A stretch of DNA of 61,983 bases, counting the filler. It is 5 parts of 5 records of this genome, joined end to end, with 100 filler letters (N's around TTAATTAATTAA, not from the genome) between each part and the next. Parts side by side here need not be neighbours in the genome. Positions count along the whole stretch, not along the records: positions 24,376 to 35,399 come from SRR31156797_12867; positions 35,500 to 43,573 come from SRR31156797_12871; 3 more parts are not named here. One strand, 5' to 3'. The position numbers and the translations under genes were made by a program. Below, one piece after another: positions 29,015-38,896 of this stretch. Under the pieces are notes generated by a model. It was not told where the DNA came from and did not search any database. It worked only from the letters and a program-made list of their open reading frames with translations. Numbering within the stretch: position 1 is the first letter of the stretch; every line of letters begins with the position of its first letter.

Positions 29015-29975
29015 TCGAAATCTTAGCAAAAGAACAATGGGGAGCCTTTTGTCCAGGTATGGGATAATCATAGCCTTCGGCTTGATCATTCTGGCTCTCT
29101 CATTAGCCTCCAGTGAGTTTCTCACTGTCTATAACATTATCAATATACTCAGACAGTCTTCGATCATCGGGATCGTCGCTATCGGTATGGCCCTTATGAT
29201 CATCATGGGCGGGATCGATCTTTCCGTAGGATCTCTGCTCGCTCTGGCCGGTGTTGTTTCGGCTATGTTCGCCCGTGCCGATCTGGGGATTCCCGTTCCC
29301 ATCGCCGTTCTTGCAGGCCTGGGAGTGGGGGCCCTCTCCGGCGCCTTCATCGGAACATGCGTTGCCTGGGGAAATATTGAGCCTTTCATCGTTACTCTGG
29401 GTATGATGACGATCTCCAGAGGAATTGCCATGATTCTGTCCCATGGTATTCCCATTACGGGCCTGAACCCCGATTTTACTAGAATCGGTTCGGGGAAGTT
29501 GTTTGGAATTCCTTATACCATAATCATTTATATCCTTATTCTTTCTCTGGCTACATTGATTCTGAAGCGAACCCGTTTCGGCCGTCAGATCTATGCTATA
29601 GGAGGAAATGAAGAGGCTGCGAAGGTAGCGGGGATCAACATCAAAGTAACTAAATTGAAGATGTTTATTCTGCTGGGCTGCTTCACAGGTCTCGCGGGTA
29701 TCCTGCTGGCCGGCCGCGTGAGGAGCGGTTCGCCCAGTATCGCCAATGGGTATGAACTGGATGCCATAGCCTCCTGCGTTATCGGAGGGATAAGCTTTAC
29801 CGGAGGGATCGGCACGGCTTTCGGAGCCTTTATCGGGACTCTCATCATCAGCACGATCAATAACGGTCTCGACCTTTTGAATGTGCAGGCATTCTATCAA
29901 CAGGTCGTCAAGGGGCTGATCATTATTCTAGCCGTGCTGATAGACAGTCAGAAGAGCAGGCTGGCGACAAAATAG
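28998..29975 (+). CDS. Sugar ABC transporter permease (RbsC-like)
   Basis: GGIDLSVG, PFIVTLG, GRQIYAIGGN and YELDAIA motifs. Confidence 0.95.
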   Translation: MEMFINRNLSKRTMGSLLSRYGIIIAFGLIILALSLASSEFLTVYNIINILRQSSIIGIVAIGMALMIIMGGIDLSVGSLLALAGVVSAMFARADLGIPVPIAVLAGLGVGALSGAFIGTCVAWGNIEPFIVTLGMMTISRGIAMILSHGIPITGLNPDFTRIGSGKLFGIPYTIIIYILILSLATLILKRTRFGRQIYAIGGNEEAAKVAGINIKVTKLKMFILLGCFTGLAGILLAGRVRSGSPSIANGYELDAIASCVIGGISFTGGIGTAFGAFIGTLIISTINNGLDLLNVQAFYQQVVKGLIIILAVLIDSQKSRLATK

Positions 29976-29999
29976 CCTTCAGGATTTCAGGAGTAATAG

Positions 30000-31058
30000 A
30001 TGAAAAAACATAAAGTCGCCTTCATCGGTTTGGGGCGGATTAGTGATCTGCATGTCCTCGGATATAAGGATAATCCGGATGCAGAGTTGTATGCCATATG
30101 CGACAGCAATCCTGAGGTCGTTCAAAAGCGTGCCAGGGAGTGGGGTGTTCCGGTTGTCTATCATGACTACAGAGAGCTTCTGGCTGACCCGAATGTCGAT
30201 GCCGTAGAGGTTCTCACCCCCCATCCTTTTCATGAACAGATTGTTGTTGATGCGGCAAAGGCCGGCAAGCATATCAGCTGTCAGAAACCCATGACCTCAG
30301 ATCTGGCTTCGGCAGACCGGATGATCAGCGCATGCCATGAGAATAAGGTGAAATTCAAGGTAACGGACAACTATGTCTTTTACCCGCCCATTATGAAAGC
30401 CAAGGAGTTAATCGATTCGGGAGCCATCGGAGAGATCAGCAATCTGAGGATCAAGATGATCGGCTGCGGAATCGGCGGCTGGGAGGTCCCGAAGGACACC
30501 TGGGGCTGGAGACAGCGGGAAACCGAGGAGGGGCGGGGACAGCAAACCTTCGATCATGGTCATCATCTTTGGGCTGTGGCATGGTATCTGCTCGGATCAG
30601 TAGGGGAGATGAAATCATGGATCGATATCACTGAGGGAACCATTGATTCTCCGGCTGTCATGATGTGGCGGTACAAATCAAAGAACAGATACGGACAGTG
30701 CGAATACACCTATTCCAAGGATCTGGAAATCCCTTCCGATTACTACGCCTGCGACGAATGGTTCGAGATTACCGGAAGCAAGGGCATCATCAAGGTGAAC
30801 CGCTGCAATGGACAGTGCATCCCCGGTCCCGCCGTTTCTGTCTATACCAGCCGGGGATGGGAGCATATAGATCTTCCCGACGACTGGAGCGAAGGTTTTA
30901 TTGAGAGCACGAAGAATTTTACAAGAGCCCTGGCCGGCAAAGAGGATCTTACTTTGACGGGAGAAGAGGGGAGAGAGGTCCTTGCCATGGATCTGGCCAT
31001 CAGCCTTTCCAACAGAGAGAACAGGACGGTGAATATGAAGGAACTCGGCTACGAGTGA
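30000..31058 (+). CDS. Gfo/Idh/MocA-family NAD(P)-dependent oxidoreductase
   Basis: IGLGRI, TPHPFH, CQKPM and FDHGHH motifs. Confidence 0.92.
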   Translation: MKKHKVAFIGLGRISDLHVLGYKDNPDAELYAICDSNPEVVQKRAREWGVPVVYHDYRELLADPNVDAVEVLTPHPFHEQIVVDAAKAGKHISCQKPMTSDLASADRMISACHENKVKFKVTDNYVFYPPIMKAKELIDSGAIGEISNLRIKMIGCGIGGWEVPKDTWGWRQRETEEGRGQQTFDHGHHLWAVAWYLLGSVGEMKSWIDITEGTIDSPAVMMWRYKSKNRYGQCEYTYSKDLEIPSDYYACDEWFEITGSKGIIKVNRCNGQCIPGPAVSVYTSRGWEHIDLPDDWSEGFIESTKNFTRALAGKEDLTLTGEEGREVLAMDLAISLSNRENRTVNMKELGYE

Positions 31059-31072
31059 TGGGAGCAAAAGGA

Positions 31073-31699
31073 ATGAGAATCGCGATTATAAACGAGGTCA
31101 GCGCGGCTGATAAGAATGAACATATATTGAAGGCTCTGGAGGGCTTCGACCATGAGATCATCAATCTCGGAATGAAAAGCAGGGACGGTGATCGCCAGCT
31201 TCAGTATATTCATACCGGCTTTCTGACCGGACTGTTCCTGAATGCGGGAAAGGCGGACTTTGTTGTGGGGGGCTGCGGAACCGGCATGGGATATCTGAAT
31301 GCTGCCGCACAGTTCCCGGCCGTCTTCTGCGGTCATGTCCTGACAGCACTGGATGCGTGGCTTTTTGCGCAGATTAACGGAGGCAACTGCATCTCCCTGG
31401 CCTTGAATCAGGGATACGGCTGGGCGGGAGATGCGAATCTCAGCTTTATATTTGAGAAACTCTTCAGCGTTGAATTCGGCTGCGGATATCCCGTTGAAAG
31501 GAAGATCCCCCAGGGAGAAAGCAGGGAGAAACTCTGTCGTATGTCCGTGGATACTCACTATGACATGGGAGAAATCATTAACCGAATGGATGATCGGATT
31601 GTCAAGGAAAGCCTTGATTTTCCCGGCGTTGCCGAGGCCCTGGATCTGGAAAGCCTTGAGGAAGGGTCGCTTAAGGACTCACTGCGTAAATATCTATAG
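31073..31699 (+). CDS. RpiB-fold isomerase resembling DhuI (4-deoxy-L-threo-5-hexosulose-uronate ketol-isomerase type)
   Basis: MRIAIINE.S.A.KN, DFVVGGCGTGMG, LFAQINGGN, GYGWAG and GYP motifs. Confidence 0.8.
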   Translation: MRIAIINEVSAADKNEHILKALEGFDHEIINLGMKSRDGDRQLQYIHTGFLTGLFLNAGKADFVVGGCGTGMGYLNAAAQFPAVFCGHVLTALDAWLFAQINGGNCISLALNQGYGWAGDANLSFIFEKLFSVEFGCGYPVERKIPQGESREKLCRMSVDTHYDMGEIINRMDDRIVKESLDFPGVAEALDLESLEEGSLKDSLRKYL

Positions 31700-31702
31700 G
31701 AA

Positions 31703-33565
31703 ATGAATATGGGAAATATGGAAGTCAGAGCGAATGCGGTCGCCGAAGCCGGCGGTTTCAAGGAGGCTCTTAATGCGGGGACCCTGGCGGAAAATCATGA
31801 TATCTCCGTCAGCGAGGCGCTTGTCCTCGGCCTGTTGAATCAGGGTGTGAGAAAGTATGTCGGAATCTTTGGACACGGTTCGACGCAGATCGGCGATGTC
31901 CTGAGAATCTATGAAAAGGCCGGTGTCGTAAGGGTTTTCAATGTTCGGCATGAAACCGAGGCGTCTCATATAGCATCAGCCATGAGATGGCAGTACGGTG
32001 AGTCGATCGCCGTATTCACATCCATCGGTCCCGGAGCGCTGCAGGCGCTGGCCGGATCTCTTGTGGGCGCATCCAACGGGCTGGGTATCTACTATATCTT
32101 CGGTGAGGAGACGACCAGGGATGAAGGCTACAATATGCAGCAGATTCCCCGTCCCGAGCAGGGGCTGTTCCTGAAGATGATGTCCCATATGGGGCCATCC
32201 TACATGCTCCACACTCCGGAGGCCCTCTCTTCCGCCCTGAAAAAAGGGATCAGTACGATCTATCATCCCCATAGGCCGTCTCCCTTCTTTCTGCTGCTTC
32301 CGATGAATGTCCAGCCTGCGGTGATGGAAGACTACAACCTGCGCGAGCTGCCTGACAGGAGTCACTATTCCCTTCCCCATGCAGACGGTGAATCGGTGGA
32401 GAAGGCCTGTGAGATGATCCGCAGACATAAAAAGATCTGTATAAAGATCGGGAGAGGGGCTCTTGATGTTGACGCATCCGTTCTCAAAGCCTTTATGGAG
32501 AAAGCCGGTGCTGTTCTGGTTCACGGGCCTTCTTCAGTGGGAGTTCTGCCGTCTTCTGATCCCTTGAACATGGGGGTAGGCGGTTCAAAGGGCTCTGTTT
32601 CCGGTAACTATGCAATGGAAGAGGCCGAACTTCTCATCCTGATAGGAGCGAGAGCCGTCTGCCAGTGGGATTCTTCGGGAACAGCCTGGAAGAGCGCCAG
32701 GCAGATCATCAATATCAATACGGATATCGGTGATGCCCTGCACTACAACCGCACTCTGCCCTTGATCGGTGATGCCGAAAAGGTTCTGAACCAGCTTCTG
32801 GATAGGCTGGAGGGCAATGAAATCTCAGACGAATGGCTTGATGGCTGCAGGAAGGCCCGAGACGAGTGGGAGCGCTTTAAGAACGCCAGGTTCGAAAGGC
32901 CGGTCATAGCTGATCCGAAGTGGGAGCGGCCCCTGTTGACTCAGCCGGCTGCAATTCATGAGGTGGCCGAATTCGCCGGGGAACGCGGCTTTGAAAAGAT
33001 CTTCGATGCCGGAGATGTTCAGGCCAACGGTTTTCAGGTCGTGATGGACGATGAACCCGGGATGACCTTCACAGAAACAGGCGCATCCTATATGGGCTAT
33101 GCCGCTTCCGCTCTTGTTGCCGGCGGTCTGGCGGAGAGGGGCCGGTATTCGATCGCCTTCACAGGTGACGGCAGCTTCATGATGAATCCCCAGGTTCTGA
33201 TAGATGGAGTTGAGCATGGTGCGAAAGGGATGATCGCTCTCTTTGATAACCGAAGGATGGCGGCCATCAGCTCTCTTCAGGTCGCTCAGTACGGAGAGGA
33301 TTTCCGCACCGACGATTCTGTTGAAGTCGATTTCATCGCCATGGCCGAATCTGTCAAAGGGGTTAAAGCGTTCCATGGCGGATACTCTGTGGATGAGTTG
33401 AGAGAGGCTCTGAAGCGGGCCGCCGATTATGACGGTCTATCCCTCTTATATGTGCCCGTTTATTTCGGTGATGACGAACTGGGCGGTCTCGGCGCCTTCG
33501 GAAACTGGAATGTCGGAAACTGGTGTGAAGACGTTCAAAAGACAAAACAGCGATTAGGTTTTTAA
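31703..33565 (+). CDS. TPP-dependent enzyme, divergent IolD-like acylhydrolase
   Basis: GIFGHG, RHE (catalytic Glu position), TSIGPGA, S.MGY and TPP motif GDGSFMM...LFDN. Confidence 0.82.
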   Translation: MNMGNMEVRANAVAEAGGFKEALNAGTLAENHDISVSEALVLGLLNQGVRKYVGIFGHGSTQIGDVLRIYEKAGVVRVFNVRHETEASHIASAMRWQYGESIAVFTSIGPGALQALAGSLVGASNGLGIYYIFGEETTRDEGYNMQQIPRPEQGLFLKMMSHMGPSYMLHTPEALSSALKKGISTIYHPHRPSPFFLLLPMNVQPAVMEDYNLRELPDRSHYSLPHADGESVEKACEMIRRHKKICIKIGRGALDVDASVLKAFMEKAGAVLVHGPSSVGVLPSSDPLNMGVGGSKGSVSGNYAMEEAELLILIGARAVCQWDSSGTAWKSARQIININTDIGDALHYNRTLPLIGDAEKVLNQLLDRLEGNEISDEWLDGCRKARDEWERFKNARFERPVIADPKWERPLLTQPAAIHEVAEFAGERGFEKIFDAGDVQANGFQVVMDDEPGMTFTETGASYMGYAASALVAGGLAERGRYSIAFTGDGSFMMNPQVLIDGVEHGAKGMIALFDNRRMAAISSLQVAQYGEDFRTDDSVEVDFIAMAESVKGVKAFHGGYSVDELREALKRAADYDGLSLLYVPVYFGDDELGGLGAFGNWNVGNWCEDVQKTKQRLGF

Positions 33566-33577
33566 AGGAGAATAACA

Positions 33578-34420
33578 ATGGATCATCCTGTCTCAATAGA
33601 CGAATTAAAACAGATAGCGAGGGAAATCCGTTTAACAATATTGAAAACGGTTCATGATGCCGGCTGCGGTCATACAGGCGGCTCTCTTTCGGAGGCCGAT
33701 ATCCTTGCGGCTTTGTATTTCAGGGTTATGAAAATTGATCCCGAGGATCCCGAAATGCCTGACAGGGACAGGTTCATCCTCTCCAAGGGGCATGCCACTC
33801 CCGGTTTCTATTCCGCCCTTGCTCACCGTGGATACTTTCCCATGGAGACGCTGTCCGGATTCGATAAGCTCGGAAGCATTCTTCAGGCTCATCCGGATAT
33901 GCATAAGGTCCCCGGTGTTGATATCTCCTCCGGTTCTTTGGGACAGGGGCTTTCCTGCGGCGTCGGTATGGAACTGGCCTGCGAGGCCCTGGATAAGGGC
34001 TTTCACACATTCGTCCTTATGGGTGACGGTGAAAGTACGGAAGGCCAGATATGGGAGGCCGTGCTTTTTGCAGGTGCTGAGAACGTAAAGGTGAAACGCA
34101 TCATCGCTATCGTGGATTACAACAAGGTTCAGCTGGCGTCAAGAACCAAAGAGGCCGTTGATCTGGGAGACATCGCATCCAAGTACAGGGCTTTCGGCTG
34201 GACCGCCCTGGAATGCGACGGCCATGATATGGCCGAACTCGTACTGACTCTTGAAAACGCTAAGGAGCTTTCCAACGAGGGCCCTGTGGTTGTCGTAGCC
34301 CATACGGTTAAGGGCAAGGGGGTCAGCTTTATGGAGGATGACTACAAATGGCATGGAGCGGCCCCGGACGACGAACAGTATGAACAGGCTGTCAGCGAAT
34401 TAATGGAGAGTGCGATATGA
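33578..34420 (+). CDS. Transketolase, N-terminal subunit
   Basis: GHTGGSLS, DRFILSKGH, GSLGQG, GDGE..EG..WEA and HTVKGKG motifs. Confidence 0.94.
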   Translation: MDHPVSIDELKQIAREIRLTILKTVHDAGCGHTGGSLSEADILAALYFRVMKIDPEDPEMPDRDRFILSKGHATPGFYSALAHRGYFPMETLSGFDKLGSILQAHPDMHKVPGVDISSGSLGQGLSCGVGMELACEALDKGFHTFVLMGDGESTEGQIWEAVLFAGAENVKVKRIIAIVDYNKVQLASRTKEAVDLGDIASKYRAFGWTALECDGHDMAELVLTLENAKELSNEGPVVVVAHTVKGKGVSFMEDDYKWHGAAPDDEQYEQAVSELMESAI

Positions 34421-35370
34421 GATTACCCAATATTGGAGAGAGTGTAATGCCGAGGGTGTCCTTCGGCGAGAGCCTTGTTGAGCTTGCCGAGAAGTATCCG
34501 GACATGGTTGTTTTCGACGCGGATGTCTGCGCTTCAACACAGACTGCGAAATTCAGAGACGCCTACCCTCAGAGGTTCTATCAAATGGGAATCGCTGAGT
34601 CAAATATGGTCGGTACCGCAGCGGGGATGGCAACCATGGGCTTCACGCCGTTTGTCTCAGCCTTTGCTGTATTCCTGGCAAAAAGGGCGTTGGATCAGAT
34701 TCGCGTGTCTGTAGCCTATCCGAAGCTGAATGTCAAATTGAACGGTGCTTACGGGGGATTGCCCACTGGAAAGGCCGGAGCCACCCACTCCTCGGTAGAG
34801 GATATTGCTGTCATGCGCTGCATGCCTCATATGACTGTGCTTGTTCCCGCTGATCCTGTGGAGACAAAACTGGCCAGCGATCTGGCTCTCCGCACGGAGG
34901 GACCTGTTTATCTGAGGACTGTCCGCTGTCCCGTTCCCACGATCTTCGGAAAGGATCATAAGATGGAACTCGGCAAAGGGCTGGTTCTTCATGAAGGTGC
35001 GGATCTTGCTGTTATCTCAACTGGAATGATGACCCCTAAGGCTCTGGCCGCCGTCGAGTCCCTGTCCAGGAAAAAGGGAATCAAGGTCCGGTTGATCCAT
35101 ATGGGAACGATTAAACCCCTGGATCGTGAGATTATCATTCAGGCAGCCCGCGAATGCGGAAAGATCCTGACAGTGGAGAACCACAGCGTCCTCGGCGGAT
35201 TGGGCAGCGCGGTGTCCGAGGTCGTGACCGACAGCTGCCCCTGCCGTCTGGAGCGCATCGGGTTCCCCGATATTTTCCTTGAGTCAGGGGATAACGAAGC
35301 CATCTTCTCAATGCTGAAGATGAATACGAATGATATTGCCGAGCGAATAGAAGCGATGCTTGCGGAGTGA
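34417..35370 (+). CDS. Transketolase, C-terminal subunit
   Basis: GIAESNM, FAVF...RALDQIR, GATH and VENHS..GGLG motifs; ATGA overlap with the N-terminal subunit. Confidence 0.94.
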   Translation: MRLPNIGESVMPRVSFGESLVELAEKYPDMVVFDADVCASTQTAKFRDAYPQRFYQMGIAESNMVGTAAGMATMGFTPFVSAFAVFLAKRALDQIRVSVAYPKLNVKLNGAYGGLPTGKAGATHSSVEDIAVMRCMPHMTVLVPADPVETKLASDLALRTEGPVYLRTVRCPVPTIFGKDHKMELGKGLVLHEGADLAVISTGMMTPKALAAVESLSRKKGIKVRLIHMGTIKPLDREIIIQAARECGKILTVENHSVLGGLGSAVSEVVTDSCPCRLERIGFPDIFLESGDNEAIFSMLKMNTNDIAERIEAMLAE

Positions 35371-35399
35371 AGGATAAGAGATGTCTGAATACGTAAAAG

Positions 35400-35499
35400 N
35401 NNNNNNNNNNNNNNNNNNNNNNNNNNNNNNNNNNNNNNNNNNNTTAATTAATTAANNNNNNNNNNNNNNNNNNNNNNNNNNNNNNNNNNNNNNNNNNNN
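35400..35499. other. Artificial contig spacer
   Basis: N-run + TTAATTAATTAA + N-run, 100 nt. Confidence 0.97.
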
Positions 35500-35519
35500 A
35501 AAAATCTACAAAGCCATTA

Positions 35520-35550
35520 AAAAAGTAGACTCAGGTCTACTTTTTATTTT
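35520..35550. terminator. Intrinsic terminator
   Basis: AAAAAGTAGAC-TCAG-GTCTACTTTTT followed by ATTTT. Confidence 0.8.
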
Positions 35551-35636
35551 ATCTTCTAATTTTTCTTAATATTTTTCATTTATTTAAAAAACTAATGTAT
35601 AATACGCTTTTAAAATAATTTAATGGAAATATATAA

Positions 35637-36515
35637 ATGAACATGCTTAAAAATCTATTTACTGATTTAGAAAATCTACTTAGTTTACTAAATGACTTCG
35701 ACTATAGTAGACTTATATTATTAACAATTACAATGTTAATAGTTTATATTATTAATATCATTGCTTTAAATCGATATCATAAAAGTAAAATCAATAAAAC
35801 ACAAATAGAATTAAAAAGAATAAATCTTGAAGCAAACCTAAATATAAAAAGACAAAACCTTTCAAAGCTTTATATTGCAATATTTTTGTTTATTTCATTT
35901 TTAATTATTTCAAATAATAATCTTGCAGTTGTAATTCCTGTTTTATCAGCACTAATATTAATACTTCTATTTTCAATAAAAGAACAGCTAAATAATATCT
36001 TTTTAGGTTTAGCCTATAAGTCTTCTATTTTAACAACTATTTACGAAGGAATGGAGTTTTACTTTAAAGAAAAACCAAATGAGGTTTGTAAAATATCAAA
36101 GGTAAATCTATTTAAAACAATTTATAAAAATGAAATGACAGGACAGCTTTTATCACTAGAGAATAAAGTATTAAATGAAAAAGAGATTATTCATAAAGCA
36201 ATCCCTGATTTAGACTATGTTGAGTTTAAATATAAAGTAAATAATAATTATGATGTGGAAAAATATATAGAAAAAACAAAGCAAGAGCTTGTTGAATATA
36301 TAAATACTATAGAAGATGTAGATTTTAAGACACTTAGAGAAACTGTATTATCTTTAAAATCAAAGTATAATACAACACCTTTTTTAAAACCTTCATATAC
36401 TATCGATGTTATTTTTAACACCCATGAAGAGTTAATCATAAAAATAAACCTAACTACTTATCAATATAATTATGAAAACTATTTAGAGGATTTACTTAAA
36501 TTTAGACCTAGATAG
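35637..36515 (+). CDS. Membrane protein, possibly MscS-family mechanosensitive channel
   Basis: About 3 TM segments, then LFSIKEQLNNIFLG (MscS TM3-like) and a beta-rich cytoplasmic part. Confidence 0.55.
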   Translation: MNMLKNLFTDLENLLSLLNDFDYSRLILLTITMLIVYIINIIALNRYHKSKINKTQIELKRINLEANLNIKRQNLSKLYIAIFLFISFLIISNNNLAVVIPVLSALILILLFSIKEQLNNIFLGLAYKSSILTTIYEGMEFYFKEKPNEVCKISKVNLFKTIYKNEMTGQLLSLENKVLNEKEIIHKAIPDLDYVEFKYKVNNNYDVEKYIEKTKQELVEYINTIEDVDFKTLRETVLSLKSKYNTTPFLKPSYTIDVIFNTHEELIIKINLTTYQYNYENYLEDLLKFRPR

Positions 36516-36601
36516 TTACTAAAAAATTATATATTAATTGCACTAATAAACTTTTTGTTACTAAAAAGTTGCTATTCTTCCATTAAAAAATTAGGATACT
36601 A

Positions 36602-37453
36602 ATGAAAGAATTCAATTTTAGTCAAGAGTTAAAAAACTATGCATATATTCTTATTGCATCTATTATTCTAGCTATTGGAATAGTAGGCTTCTTCTCTCCA
36701 AATAAGATAATTACAGGTGGAACAGCAGGTCTTGCCCTACTTTTACACTATATAACACCACTTACAATAGGTACACTTATAGCTGCTGTTAACCTTCCTT
36801 TAGTACTTATAGGATGGAAATACCTTGGTAAAATGTTTGCTGTTAGAACTATCATCACTATTTTAATAATCTCCCTTGCAATTGATTTTTTTGATAAAGT
36901 TATTATGTTAAAACCTTTTGTTTTAGAGATGCCTCTTGCTTCTATTTTTGGTGGTATCTTTATTGGAGTTGGACTTGCACTTGTTATAAAAGGAAACTCT
37001 AGTGCAGGTGGTTCTACTATTATTGCTAGAATAGTTGCATCAAAAAGTGAAATCAAGCCAGGAACAGTAATACTTGTAATTGATTCACTTATTATTCTTT
37101 CTTCTTTATTTATTTTTGATGATGTAGCAAGAGTTTTATACAGTATTGTAAGTATCTATGTAACAACGAGAATAATAGACACCATCTTAACAGGTAGATT
37201 AAACAAAAAAGTTGTTTATCTAGTAAGTAAAAAAACAGATGAATTAAAAAGACAAATCACTGAACAACTGGGACCTGAAGGAACTATTATAAAAGGTGAT
37301 GGACTTTTTGAAGGACAAGATAAAAGAATGATTCTTTTAATTGTAGAGGTAAACAAACTTCAAGTTTTAAGACAAATGCTTAAAGAAACAGACCCAGAAG
37401 AAGGATTTTTAATCATTACAGAAGCTACTGAGATGTTAGGACGAGGACACTAA
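36602..37453 (+). CDS. YitT-family membrane protein
   Basis: TGGTAGLA, NLPL..IGW..LG and SSAGGSTIIA motifs; DUF2179-like C-terminus. Confidence 0.9.
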   Translation: MKEFNFSQELKNYAYILIASIILAIGIVGFFSPNKIITGGTAGLALLLHYITPLTIGTLIAAVNLPLVLIGWKYLGKMFAVRTIITILIISLAIDFFDKVIMLKPFVLEMPLASIFGGIFIGVGLALVIKGNSSAGGSTIIARIVASKSEIKPGTVILVIDSLIILSSLFIFDDVARVLYSIVSIYVTTRIIDTILTGRLNKKVVYLVSKKTDELKRQITEQLGPEGTIIKGDGLFEGQDKRMILLIVEVNKLQVLRQMLKETDPEEGFLIITEATEMLGRGH

Positions 37454-37459
37454 CACTCT

Positions 37460-38194
37460 TTAGCAAACAACTTTATAACTTTCAACTAACCTTGAAATAT
37501 CTTTTCCTAAAGAGTTAAGTTTTTCTATAGAAAGCCTTTCTTTAGTTCCAGAAATACCAACCGCACCTATTAATATATTTTCATGATTAAATAAAGGAAC
37601 TGCTACACAAGACATATTGTCTTGATATTCACTATTATCAATTGAGTAGCCATTCTCTTTTACTTCTTCAATTGCCTGTTCTAAAAAGCTCATATCAGTA
37701 ATTGTATTGTGAGTATATTGATTTAGTTTTATAAGCTCTAAATCATAGTTTCCAAAGGCTAAGATTGATTTACCTAAAGCATTTGTATGTAAAGGAGCTT
37801 GAAGACCTATACTGTTTCTGGTTTTTATTTTTCTATTAGATTTATCAATTTGATTTACATATAAAACTTTATAATCATCAAAAACCCCAAAATAAGCGCA
37901 CTCTTTTGTGAGCTCATAAACATTTTCTAAAATAGGTTTTGTTTTCTCTACTAAGATTTGTATTTTCGTTTTTTGAGTAGTTTTATTCTCTAAAGACTTT
38001 GGAATAATCTCATTTGAGTTATCTAAATAAGTAATATAATTTTCATCTTTTAAGGTTTGTAAAATTCTAGACATAGTACTTTTATTTATATCTAATCTAT
38101 CACAAAGAGTTGAAGCTAAAATAGGTTTTCCATAGTTTACTATCTCTTTATAAACTTGTAAACCTTTTGTTAAAGATTGTAGCTGTGTTGACAT
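37460..38194 (-). CDS. IclR-family transcriptional regulator
   Basis: QSLTKGL, KSTMSRILQTL, PLHTNALGKSILA and CVAVP motifs. Confidence 0.92.
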   Translation of the reverse strand: MSTQLQSLTKGLQVYKEIVNYGKPILASTLCDRLDINKSTMSRILQTLKDENYITYLDNSNEIIPKSLENKTTQKTKIQILVEKTKPILENVYELTKECAYFGVFDDYKVLYVNQIDKSNRKIKTRNSIGLQAPLHTNALGKSILAFGNYDLELIKLNQYTHNTITDMSFLEQAIEEVKENGYSIDNSEYQDNMSCVAVPLFNHENILIGAVGISGTKERLSIEKLNSLGKDISRLVESYKVVC

Positions 38195-38237
38195 TTGAGT
38201 CCTTATGCAAAACTAATTTAATAGTTTTGCACAAGTT

Positions 38238-38801
38238 TTATAAAAGTTCATTAAATTTTGCAAGCCAAGCTGGATGTGCAGGCCAAGCAGCAGCAGTAAC
38301 TAGATTTCCATCTACATGTGCAGCTTCAAAGCCAATATCAATCCACGTACCACCTTTCATATTTAAATCAGGTGCACAAGCTGGATAACAAGAACAAGTT
38401 TTGTCTTTAACTACATCAGCAGCAACTAAAACTTGAATACCATGGCAAATTGAAGCTATTGGTTTATTTTTATTGTTAAAATCTTTTACAATCTCTAATA
38501 CTCTTTGATTAAGTCTAATATACTCAGGAGCTCTACCACCTGGAACTACAAGTGCATCATAACTTGTCTCATCAATTTCATCAAATGTTGCATTTAATGT
38601 AAAATTATGTCCTGGCTTTTCTGTATATGTTTGATCACCTTCAAAATCATGAATAGCAGTTTTAATCTGCTCTCCTGCTTTTTTATCTGGACAAACTACA
38701 TCAACAGTATGACCTAACATTAATAGTGCTTGGAAAGGAACCATTAATTCATAATCTTCTACAAAATCACCTGCTAATACTAAAATTCTTTTTGACATCA
38801 T
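38238..38801 (-). CDS. DJ-1/PfpI-family protein
   Basis: [24 protein letters not shown] and WPAHP motifs. Confidence 0.93.
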   Translation of the reverse strand: MMSKRILVLAGDFVEDYELMVPFQALLMLGHTVDVVCPDKKAGEQIKTAIHDFEGDQTYTEKPGHNFTLNATFDEIDETSYDALVVPGGRAPEYIRLNQRVLEIVKDFNNKNKPIASICHGIQVLVAADVVKDKTCSCYPACAPDLNMKGGTWIDIGFEAAHVDGNLVTAAAWPAHPAWLAKFNELL

Positions 38802-38896
38802 CTACTCCTTGATTAAGTTTAGAAAATATTAATACAACTAGAGTTAATAATATATATGTAAAATATATTAATCTCAAGTAGTTTCACTATATGAAA

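Noticed and set aside
26703-34992. Long antisense ORFs (e.g. 26703-27464, 29103-29900, 31976-32524, 32825-33376)
   Set aside because: Shadows of well-supported plus-strand genes in GC-richer DNA, with no recognisable motifs
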